From Felis catus (Eukaryota): a stretch of DNA of 64,000 nucleotides. How positions within the stretch are numbered: position 1 is the first letter of the stretch; each line of letters begins with the position of its first letter. The translations under genes and the position numbers were made by a program. Of this stretch, positions 50,231-61,078 are shown piece after piece. The stretch is from the NCBI RefSeq assembly GCF_018350175.1, contig NC_058370.1, positions 13,082,001-13,146,000 on the forward strand, written 5' to 3'. The notes under the pieces are model-generated. The model ran no database searches. It saw only the letters and a list, made by a program, of their open reading frames with translations, and was not told the DNA's origin.

Positions 50231-51101
50231 AAGGACGCTCTTCTGGAAGGAACGGCCCCTTCCTGAGGCAAGCAGGGCCCCTGGAAGGGGCAGTTCGAGG
50301 CCTCCCTGAGGTCTATCACGTGGCAGAGAGAGCACAGAACACTCGGCGACGGGAGGGAGGGGACGCACGCTACAAATGCAAACCTCCCAATTTATGCCGC
50401 CGTAGATGAAGGAGGCAGTCAGCTGTGCCTCCTTCACAGCCTTCAAAAGGCAACCTTTTGTTTTCTTTGTTTTGAGGCTCAACAGCAGCTGTTTTCTTTC
50501 CCAGACGGCTGGGCAATCAGCGAGGATGGGGGTCTCCTTTCGGAGAAGACCTCTGGGACCTCAGGCAAAAGGAAACATCCCCCACTCTGAGCCCGCGTGT
50601 CACCTCCTTCTGTCCACACCCCAGGCCCCCCGCAGGGTCAACCTCAGCAAGGGTGCCATTTAAGGAGTGGCCCCAGAGCCATACCCACCGGAGTGTCACC
50701 ACTGCCTCCAGATGACCATGGACCTTTCCAAGCCTTGGTTTCCTCATCAGTAAAGACACACTGAGAAGTCCTCCTCTCCTCCCTGAGAGGGTCAGTGGGA
50801 AGTTGCAGCCACGGAGGGCAGGGTGGGAGTGGTGGGGGCAGGGGAGGGCAGCTCCGGGGGAACAGACAGCTGTGCCTATAGCAATGAAGGCCCATGCAAC
50901 CACGTCTCCTCCCCCTTACTTTACAGACAATTTAGAAATCTGGAGTCTTCCGCTGGCATTACTTTGATTCCAAAACCAGACAAAGGCCCCACTGAAAAGA
51001 AGAACTCCAGACCAATTTCCCTGATGAACATGGAGGCAAGAATCCTCAACAAGATACTAGCAAACCGATCCAACCATACATTAAAAGAATTATTCACCAA
51101 A

Positions 51102-51318
51102 GGGGCGCCTGGGTGGCTCAGTCGGTTGAGCGTCTGACTTCGGCTCAGGTCATGATCTTGCTGTGGGTTCAAGCCCTGCGTCGAGCTCTGTGCTGCCAGC
51201 TCGGAGCCTGGAGCCTGCTTTGGATCCTGTGTCTCCTTCTCTCTCTGCCCCTCCCTCTCTCGCCCTCTGTCTCTCTCTCTCTCTCAAAAATAAATAAACA
51301 TTGAAAAAAAATTTTAAA
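51102..51318 (+). mobile_element. Can-SINE nested in L1 ORF2
   Basis: Full copy; TSD aaaagaattattcacca / aaaggaatcattcacca duplicates L1 sequence. Confidence 0.95.
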
Positions 51319-51735
51319 AAGGAATCATTCACCATGATCAGGCGGAATTTATTCCTGGGATGCAGGGCTGGTTCAATATCCACAAACCAATCAATGTGAT
51401 ACATCACGTTAACGAAAGAAAGGACAAGAACCCCATGATCCTCTCAATAGATGCTGAAAAAGCATTTGACAAAATACAGCACCCTTTCTTGATTAAAAAA
51501 ACCCTCGAGAAAGTAGGGATAGAAAGATCATACCTCGAGGTCATAAAGGCCATATAGGAAAGACCCACCCCTAGCATCATCCTCAACTGGGAAAAACTGA
51601 GAGCTTTCCCCCTAAGGTCAGGAACACGGCAAGGATGCCCACTCTCATCACTGTTTTTCAACATAGTGTTGGAAGTCCTAGCCTCAGCAATCAGACAACA
51701 CAAAGGAATAAAAAGCATCCAAATCAGCAAGGACA

Positions 51736-51948
51736 GGGTGCCTGGGTGGCTCAGGTGGTTAAGCATCTGACTTCAGCTCAGGTCATAATCTCATGACATG
51801 AGTTCGAGCCCTGGGTTGGGCTCTGTGCTGACAGCTCAGAGCCTGGAGCCTGCTTCGGATTCTGTGTCTCCCTCTCTGCCCCTCCCCCGCTTGTGCTCTG
51901 TCTCTCTCAAATATAAATAAACATTAAAAACAACAACAACAACAACAA
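51736..51948 (+). mobile_element. Can-SINE nested in L1 ORF2, (CAA)n tail
   Basis: gggtgcctgggtggctcag head; 'gcaagga' on both flanks; L1 resumes at [10 protein letters not shown]. Confidence 0.95.
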
Positions 51949-54194
51949 CTTGGCAAGGAGGAAGTCAGACTTTCACTCTTCTCAGGTGACATAATACTCT
52001 GTGTGGAAAACCCAAAAGACTCCACCCCAAAACTACTAAAACTGATACATGAATTCAGCAAAGTCACAGGATATACAATCAATGTACAGAAATCGGTTGC
52101 ATTTCTATACATCAAAAATGAAGCAGAAAGAGAAATCAAGGAATTGATCCCATTTACAATTGCACCAAAAAACAATAAAATCCTTAGAAATAAACCTAAC
52201 TAAAGAGGTGAAAAATCTATACACTGAAAACTATGGAAAGCTTATGAAAGAAATNNNNNNNNNNNNNNNNNNNNNNNNNNNNNNNNNNNNNNNNNNNNNN
52301 NNNNNNNNNNNNNNNNNNNNNNNNNNNNNNNNNNNNNNNNNNNNNNNNNNNNNNNNNNNNNNNNNNNNNNNNNNNNNNNNNNNNNNNNNCACAGAGCTAG
52401 AATAAACAATCCTAAACTTTGTATGGAACCAGAAAAGACCCTGAATAGCCAAAGCAATCTTGGAAAAGAAAACCAAAGCAGGAGGCATCACAATCTTGGA
52501 CTTCAAGCTGTATTACAAAGCTGTAATCATCAAGACAGTCTGGTGCTGGTACAAAACAGACACTCAGATCAATGGAACAGAATAGAGGACCCAGAAATGG
52601 ACCCACAAACGTATGGCCAACTAATCTTTGACAAAGCAGGAAAGAATAGCCAAGGGAATAAAGACAGTCTCTTCAGCAAGTGGTGCTGGGAAAACTGGAC
52701 AGCGACATGCAGAAGAATGAACCTGGACCACATTCTTACACCATACACAAAAATAAACTCAAAATGGATGAAAACCTAAATGTTAAGACAAGAAGCCATC
52801 AAAATCTTCAAGGAGAAAGCAGACAAAAAAAACCTCTTTGACCTTGGCTGTGGAAACTTCTTACTTGACATGTCTCTCTGGAGGCAAGGGAAACAAAAGC
52901 AAAAATGAACTGTTGGGACCTCATCAAGATAAAAACCTTCTGCATCATGAAGGAAATAATCAGCAAAACCAAAAGGCAACTGATGGAGTGGGAGAAGATT
53001 TTTGCAAATGACATATGAGATAAAGGGTTAGTATCCAAAATCTATAAAGAACTTATCAAATTCAACACCCAAAAAACAAACAAGCCAGTGAANNNNNNNN
53101 NNNNNNNNNNNNNNNNNNNNNNNNNNNNNNNNNNNNNNNNNNNNNNNNNNNNNNNNNNNNNNNNNNNNNNNNNNNNNNNNNNNNNNNNNNNNNNNNNNNN
53201 NNNNNNNNNNNNNNNNNNNNNNNNNNNNNNNNNNNNNNNNNNNNNNNNNNNNNNNNNAGGCAACAACAGATGTTGGCGAGGATGCGGAGAAAGAGGATCT
53301 CTTTTGCATTGTTGGTGGGAATGCAAGCTGGTGCAGCCACTCTGGAAAACAGTATGGAGGTTCCTCAAAAAATAAAAAATAAAACTATCCCATGACCCAG
53401 CAATTGCACTACTAGGTATTTATCCAAGGGAAACAGGTGTGCTGTTTCGAAGGGGCACATGCACCCCCATGTTTATGGCAGCACTATCGACAATAACCAA
53501 AGTATGGAAAGAGCCCAAATGTTCATCGACTGATTAATGGATAAAGCAGATGTGGTATATAAGTACAATGGAATACCACTCGGTGATGAAAAAGAATGAA
53601 ATCTTGCCATTTGCAACAATATGGATGGAACTAGTGTGTATTATGCTAAGCGAAATTAGTCAGAGAAAAATAAATATCATATGATTTCACTTCTATGTGG
53701 AATTTAAGATACGAAACAGATGAACATAAAGGAAGGGAAGCAAAAATAATATAAAAACAGGGAGAGGAACAAAACATAAGAGACTCTTAAATACAGAGAA
53801 CAAACTGAAGGTTGCTGGTGGGGTGTTGGGTGGGGGCAACAGCTAGATGGGGTGAGAGGCATTAAGGAAGATACTTGGGATGAGCATTGGGTGTTATGTG
53901 TAAGTGATGAATCACTAAATTCTATTCATGTAATTATTATTACACTATATGTNNNNNNNNNNNNNNNNNNNNNNNNNNNNNNNNNNNNNNNNNNNNNNNN
54001 NNNNNNNNNNNNNNNNNNNNNNNNNNNNNNNNNNNNNNNNNNNNNNNNNNNNNNNNNNNNNNNNNNNNNNNNNNNNNNNNNNNNNNNNNNNNNNNNNNNN
54101 NNNNNNNNNNNNNNNNNNNNNNNAATTAAAAATAATTTAAATAGCTTGTGGTTTGGATTTAGCTTGGGGGCATCAGTGTTACAGAACTCACTGC

Positions 54195-54385
54195 AAGTAG
54201 AAAGAGTGAGCTAGGTCTGGCCCTGCCACCTCCTAGCTGGGTAATTCTGCCTTTCAATCTGCCATGACTCAGTTTCTTCATCTGTAAGTTGGGGATACTA
54301 ATCACACATACCTCACTGGTCAATGGCTCACTGTGAGATTTGAATGAAATAATGTAAGTAAAAGAACTTTGTAAAGTACGGTTCA
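54195..54385 (+). mobile_element. MIR
   Basis: 'ctcagtttcttcatctgtaagttggggatactaat...tgtgagatttgaatgaaataatgtaagtaaa'. Confidence 0.8.
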
Positions 54386-54998
54386 CTCATTCATTTGCTC
54401 ATTTGCTCAACAAGTCATGATTGACGGACTGTTATAGAGCTAACCCTGCTCCAGATCCCCAGGTGCGGAAAGACAGAGCCATCTAATAATCGATGGTGAA
54501 GACTTTGGACCACTCTGCCCTGCACCAAATCCTGTCTCCCTCATTCACCATCCATGCAAGAGTTAATTAATAATACCTGACTCAAAGGGTTAGTCTCAAG
54601 TTTAAGTGAGTTAATATTTGTCAGGCATTTGCAGCATGCCTGGCCCAGAAGAATTACTCTAGAAGCTTCTGAGAAGTCATTTTCTTTGACATGAACGGGA
54701 AGCTAAACTGAGCTTTAAGAAACATAGCTGAATATCTTACTTGAAAATATACAAGAGTTAAAGGTATAATGAACACCCACATCACTGAATTCTTTAAATA
54801 AAAAATAAAGGTGAAATTATTAATCATTAGCCATTGAGAACACAGAGATATCTAGAATGCCTTAATCTATAAGGGTTGCAGAGTTAGGATTATTCCTACT
54901 GCCATTAGAGCACCTTAGGTTTCTTTAAGAAGTGCTGGGTTAATAACACAAGCGATCCGCGAATACATTCCATTTATTAAAAGCATAAAAACATTTAT

Positions 54999-55205
54999 GG
55001 GGCGCCTGGGTGGCTCAGTCGGTTAAGCAGCCGACTTTGGCTCAGGTCATGATCTCGCGGTCCGTGAGTTCGAGCCCCGCGTTGGGCTCTGTGCTGACAT
55101 CTCAGAGCCTGGAGCCTGTTTCAGATTCTGTGTCTCCTTCTCTCTGACCCTCCCCTGTTCATGCTCTGTCTCAAAAATAAATAAACGTTAAAAAAATTTT
55201 TTTTA
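54999..55205 (+). mobile_element. Can-SINE (SINEC_Fc-type, young)
   Basis: CpG-intact copy; perfect 19-bp TSD aaaagcataaaaacattta at 54979-54997 and 55206-55224. Confidence 0.97.
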
Positions 55206-55554
55206 AAAAGCATAAAAACATTTAGATGAGGCTTCAGTTCCCTTTGATATCCGATGTTATTCTGCAGTAACATAAAAAGCAAAAGCCCCCAAAGTAGCTT
55301 AAAGTTAGGTCGCTTAGCCGTGGAAACCCATGTCCGTGGGCAGGGCAGTGGGAAAATACAACACCCTCCCTGTGCTTTCCCCATGATGGCAGCTCCCCGG
55401 TCATCGTCCAGAATGTGTCACGGAGGCAAGAAAGCGAAACACGTCCTCGGTTAGAATGGCGTCCTCCCCTGGGTGCCAAACACACTTCATACCACATTCC
55501 ATTGGCCACAGCCAGGCACGGATGGCTCCCAGCTTCACAGCGCGATGAAGGTCA

Positions 55555-55725
55555 GTCCCAGACTCCGCCACTTTGGAAAAGTGCTGCGCTTTTCTGTGCC
55601 TCAGTTTTCCCCACTCGTGAAACAAGAACAGAAGTGCAGTGCCCATTTCAGAGCCTTGATAAGAGAAGTCAATGAGATAATACACGTAAAACGCTTAGCA
55701 TTCTGCTCAAGAGATGTGAGCTATG
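55555..55725 (+). mobile_element. MIR
   Basis: 'tctgtgcctcagttttccccactcgtgaaac...aatgagataatacacgtaaaacgcttagca'. Confidence 0.75.
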
Positions 55726-56529
55726 TCGCGGCTGAGGCTGCTGGAGATAATGATTTACGCCTATAAATGAAATAGTGTGTGTACCTAAGAGGGAAATCAT
55801 CGTGTTCCGTAATATACACATGGCTGGATTTTCAGCACTAGTAGGAGGAATGATCTTCTCTTATATTCCATAATTTTAGTGTGTGTGTGTGTGTGTGTAT
55901 ACATAATACAATATAATAAGTATAATATGACAAAATATGCATGCAAACCACCTGTTTCCTTCTAGGTCTGTGAAAAGTTTGGTTGTGTCAGAGCTTTACT
56001 GGTTTTGACCGGAGGCTGCCGCCTGACAGAGCCAACGGCAGGTGCACGTTTGGCATTTCCTCCCGCAAACAAGAGGGGAGGGCTGTTCTCCACAGGCGGC
56101 TCTGGCCCTCGTGCCCACTGGCCCTTGGCAGTCTGACGTCAGGGAGGACACGTGAACGAGGAGCGCCGATTCCTGATGGTGACATAGCTGGGGACCCGGA
56201 GTCGCAGCCGTGACGAACAAAGGAGAGTGAGTTGGGGTGGAAAAGAGGGCGCGCAGGCCATTCCCAGGGACTGGGGGCCAAGGAAGGGTGGAGAAAGGGA
56301 GGCATCTCGGCGGAAGCCGCGTCCTGGATGCAGAGGCTCAGGGAGGGGGCAGGTGGCCGTGCCGGTGAGGGGGCGGCGGCAGAAGTCCTGAGAATTGACG
56401 TCCGGGGTCCAAAGGCCTCGAGGAGCCAAGGAGCGCAAGGGCTCTGGGCCGACTCTGGAGGCCAATCACCTAGACGGATGTGAACCAGGTCCTTGAGCCT
56501 GAGCTCGCTCTGGGGACCGTGGCTTTGCT

Positions 56530-56932
56530 AGTGTCAGGCCACGTGACCCAAGTATGGCCAATCAGACCTTCTCACCACGGTGATTGGCTCACGAATAGCA
56601 TGTGACTGCAGTCAGAGCCAATCAGAACTAACCCTGGGCCTTCCCTGGAGGAACTGGGGACAGGTGCCAATATGGTGGGCCCCAGGACAGAAGGAGGTGA
56701 GACTGAGTGCCGAGGTCCCCATGGGGACAGTGTGCCTCAGTGTGATGTCAAACCAAGCAGACAGAGGGAGTCAGAGTCCTGATGAAGTTTATGCTTCTAG
56801 ACTTGGACTTGCCCAGGTCACCTCTATCCCTGACCTTTCCTTGGCATGAGCCAGTAAACTGTGTCCTAACGGAAACCGGTTGTACCTGAGTTTTCTGTCA
56901 CTTACAACCAAGTGCATCCTAATAGCTACAAT
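56530..56932 (+). mobile_element. MLT1K-like LTR fragment
   Basis: 'ggccacgtgacccaag..ggccaatcaga...gtgattggctca...tgagttttctgtcacttacaacc..catcctaat'. Confidence 0.6.
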
Positions 56933-59900
56933 GTGCCTCCTTGATGGCTGACGGTCATTGTCTCAGAGTGGACAAGCAGACCGGCTACTCAGCAGTGACA
57001 CTTGAGGGGATTTCTTGGCCCACTAAATAAGGGATGTTGGCATCTCAAAAATTGCATTTTACTTCGGTTGGCTCTGAGAAACCCAGTGTTAATTCATCCT
57101 TGAAGATCACGAAGGTCTTTGGAAGAGCCTCCCCAGCCACCAATATCAATTTTGTTTTGATAATTTCTCTCTGCATTATTAATGTCACATGCAGCTTCAT
57201 GCGTATCCAGCCCATGCAGAAATCCCCATGGCAGTCAGCCAGTTTGGTTGACTTGATTTAAAAAAAAAAAAAAACAAACTAGGAGCCCTAATTGAACCCC
57301 TAAAATGTGTTTACTCTAATGCATTAATGTTGTGCTTATCAAATCAGAACTGTGTTACCCCCTTAAATTACCTTGAAAACAAAATCAATACTTTATTTAA
57401 CTGGAGTCAAGAAAAGAAAAAGGAAAAAAAAAATGCCCTGAGGAATCTGTGTAATAAGTTTTACTTGCAAAGAAACAATATGGATAAACGGGGGGGAAAG
57501 AATTTCAGTGTAAAGCCAGGAATCTGGGTAGCTTGGAGGAATACACGGGCCCCTAACTTAATAGTGTTCATTTCTGTGCACCTTCTAGCAAATAGCTCAC
57601 CCGGGCTTGTCAAGGAGAGGTTGCTTTTTAAACAAGTCATGGGAATAAACAACCTTATGGCATTTTTAATAGTGGCAGTGGTTGGATTTAACACGGGTGT
57701 TTATACCATGTCTTTAACCAAATATTTGAGATCATTAGAACACTGGGCTGTTTATCAATGCTTTCCAATTGGACCCTGGGGGGCAAAATTTGATCTAATT
57801 CAGATACCTTCGCCTCCATTCCCTGTGTGTGTTTTAAATTGGCAATTTCTCAGGCTTTTCTGCTCCAGGTCAGAGCTCCTCTGTACCAAAGAGAAATGGT
57901 GATTCCCCGTGGACTGAAGGATGAGGCCCAATATCCTCTACGATCTCAGACTCCCCATCGGCTAATCTTCCGCTAGCACTCTGAAAATATCTGATGACAA
58001 GCAGGAGGCACATTTCTTCTAGAAAAGCTGATGAGTGTTTCCCGGGGAATGGATAGTGGACTGAGTCTGAACACAAGAGGAAGTCAGAGGGCCGGTGATT
58101 TCACCGGCTTCCAAATCTCCCCCACTTGCCTCCGTTTTGGGTCTCCACGTGTTGGCCTTAGAAGTCGTGGAATCCTAGCATTTGAAGAGAGTTCGAAATT
58201 CTGGAAACCAACTCATCGTTCATTCAATCGTCTGTGTGCATTTTCATCAAACGCTTCCTGAGCGTGTCCCCTGCACCTGGCCTTGACCCTGGCCCTGGGG
58301 ACACAGCAGAGATGGTGAGTGGAGAGCCATGGTCTCTGGCCGGTGTATTTGAGGAGACGGAAAAGGGGGATAAGAGGCCAGCAAACACCTAAGGAAGATA
58401 ATTTCAGCGACGACCAGTGCCATGGAACATGTAGGACTGGACATTGTGCTGTGCAGTAGGGGGGTGGGGAGAGCACCCCTTAGTCCCGAAGCTTCCATGG
58501 CTGTCCTCATTCCTAACACCTGACTCACAAGATTTGCTTCACTGCATGGCCCTCCTCGTAGCTTACCAATAAAGCTCATTTTTTTTTGGCTTACGTTAAC
58601 TAGATAGAGCCACCGTCTCCAGTCTGTAACCAAAGAGCCCAATAGACCCGTAACGGAGAGTGTTTGAAAGATCATAAAGAATTCTCCCTGATAAGACCGT
58701 CCTTGGAAGAATAGGAAACAAAATTGAGATTGGGACATTGGGGGAGAGAAGGGTAAAGCCTTTCCTGTTTGTAGGAGACACTTGGCGTGGTTTCGGCTGC
58801 CCTGCACATCTGAACACGCTTCCCGCGTGTTAGAAATTCGGGGGAATTTCCCCTCTTAGCAACCACCCCATCCTCACCGTCAACATGGGAGACTTGCCTC
58901 GTCACTTCTCTGGCAGGTAGAACACAGTCATAATGTGGATGCGGCCAGTCGGTACCCACGCGGGGACTTCCACTGAGGGGCTTGTGATGTAAGGGAACCG
59001 ACGGGAGCATTAGGACTGGTTCCAGAGGAGGAAGTGCTGGAATCCGGTGCCCACGGTCCCCACTGGAGAGTTCCCCAGTGTCGTTCAGACATTATTCCCA
59101 GCTGTGCAGACTTCGACGAGCCTGATGTGCGGTCTCTCCCAGAGTCTGGGGGCTCCCCCGACCCCCTTTCCTAGATCCCTTTCCTGCTCCGGTGGCTGGA
59201 GTGAGCCCCAGCGGGGAAGCGCCCCGACAATGTGCAGCCCAAACCTCCCACTTTCCGCGCTCGCTCGTCCCCTCCGTGTCTGAGCCGTTGGCGGCCCTGC
59301 AGAGCCACCCCAAGTGTCTGATATGGAAGAGCCTCTCCTTGTCACCTCCTGGAGGCAGCTGACAGACTAACAGAGCAGAAAACATGGGGTTTTGCTTCCA
59401 AATAGGAAAATTGGACTGTAAATCAATGGAGAGCCCATCTGGGAGCCTGTTCTCGCAAATCCCGAACGCCACAAGCTGGAGGACACGGCGTCCCTGGAGA
59501 ATACTCAGTGTTGACATGAGTAACTACTAAGGTAGGATTTTCCTAGGCGAGGGGGAGGGTTGCAGACAGGGAGACGGTGTGGTCCGGTCCGCTGAACCAG
59601 GGAGAGCCTGGGTCCTTGATGTCGCGGGGGCCACGCTGGTAGCCCTGGACCACCCACATTTGTATGAGGCAGGAAGACATTTTTTATCGTGTGTAGGACA
59701 CTGTCATTTTGGTTTGCGGAAAGTCACGGCAGAGTGCAATCTCAGCCCAAACGCAGGCCGTTTTGCTCAGCACCGTGCTAGAAACTTGGAGCAGAGGAAG
59801 GAGGCACCGAGAAAAAGGTTGATGTGTAGTTTTAGTTAAAAGTCTGATTATAGAGACAGTACGACACTCCAGGGCCTGGGAACCGGGCTCCCTGGAACCC

Positions 59901-60258
59901 CGACTCAGGGATCGGTCGGGGCAGGTGGAGTGTGGGAGCTGGGCCCCGAGACTGGAGAACAAGACAGGAGAGCAGAGAGCAGGGCTCACCTTCCAAGGCT
60001 CAGAAGCACAGTCGTGCCTCGTTGCCAGGTCAGAAGGGAAGAATTAACCCCCACGAGAGGGGGTTCCTGCAGGAGATCGTGTGGACGAGGACTCACCAGC
60101 AGTTGAGATGTAGAGATAAATGCATCTTGCACAACGCCCAGGGCACAGCCAGTGCTCAAAACTTTTTGTTGTGTGAAGGAAAGATTGAATGACTCTATGG
60201 ATAATCAACCAACCAAAGAACAGAGAGACAAGTAAAGGATGGGCACTAGGTGTTTAAA

Positions 60259-60453
60259 AATTCTGTTTTGATGTTTTTATTTATTTTTGAGACAGAGCAT
60301 GAGCAGGGGAGGGGCAGACACAGAATCTGAAGCAGGCTCCAGGCTCTGAGCTGTCAGCACAGACCCCGATGCGGGGCTTGAACTCACAGAGTGTGAGATC
60401 ACGACCTGAGCCGAAGTCGGACGCTTAACCGACTGAGCCACCCAGGTGCCCCC
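60259..60453 (-). mobile_element. Can-SINE (SINEC_Fc-type)
   Basis: TSD gcactaggtgtttaaa at 60243-60258 and 60455-60470. Confidence 0.96.
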
Positions 60454-60681
60454 AGCACTAGGTGTTTAAATTCGAGCTTTACCATTTAGCTGTTGCTGAG
60501 TGATCCAGGCAAGGTGCCTAGCCTGCTCCCGCGTGTGGAAGTCGGTGTGGAGGATGATAAAGCCTCTCCTTTTAGGGATTCGGGTGAGTGGGATGTATGC
60601 CTATAGGCATAGAAATAGATGTGCATTGCCTAGTTCAGTGCATGGAAAACATCAGTGTTCAATAAATGCAGACTCATAACA

Positions 60682-60846
60682 CGCTCGGGTCATGATCTCA
60701 TGGTTCGCGAGACTGAGCCCCGCATCGAGTTCTGTGCTGACAGCTCAGAGCCCGGATCCTGCTTCGGATTCTCTCTCTCCCTCTCTTTCTTCCCCTCACC
60801 CACGCACGCACGCTCTCTCTCTCTCAAAATAAACAAACATTAAAAA
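60682..60846 (+). mobile_element. 5'-truncated Can-SINE
   Basis: Starts at 'gctcgggtcatgatctc' without the A-box head; (CT)n and 'aaaataaacaaacattaaaaaa' tail. Confidence 0.9.
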
Positions 60847-60856
60847 ACTCCATGTA

Positions 60857-61078
60857 GGGGCGCCTGGGTGGCGCAGTCGGTTAAGCATCCGACTTCAGCC
60901 AGGTCACGATCTCGCGGTCCGTGGGTTCGAGCCCCGCGTTGGGCTCTGGGCTGATGGCTCAGAGCCTGGAGCCTGTTTCCGATTCTGTGTCTCCCTCTCT
61001 CTCTGCCCCTTCCCCATTCATGGCTCTGTCTCTCTCTGTCCCAAAAATAAATAAACGTTGAAAAAAAAAATTAAAAAA
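60857..61078 (+). mobile_element. Young felid Can-SINE inserted at the tail of the preceding SINE
   Basis: Variant motifs 'ggcgcagtc', 'cagccaggtcacg', 'tgggctgatgg', 'gtttccgattc'; TSD aaaaaactccatgta at 60842-60856 and 61079-61093. Confidence 0.96.

Larger units (their letters stand above)
50953..54135 (+). mobile_element. 5'-truncated carnivore LINE-1 (ORF2 RT to CCHC plus 3'UTR), inactive
   Basis: Translated fragments [59 protein letters not shown] (FADD motif mutated), QWNRIE..LIFDK..KWCWENW and [18 protein letters not shown]; stops and frameshifts, two SINE insertions, N gaps at 52255-52389, 53093-53257 and 53953-54123. Confidence 0.97.

Noticed and set aside
50953-54135. Reverse transcriptase as a possible novel or domesticated RT system
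   Set aside because: Ordinary L1 ORF2 with a broken catalytic motif, stops, frameshifts and SINE insertions
8242-61078. tRNA-like A/B boxes (tggctcagtcgg, gttcgagccc) and recurring 'MAQSVKRPTSAQVMIS' ORFs
   Set aside because: These are heads of tRNA-derived Can-SINEs, not tRNA or protein genes
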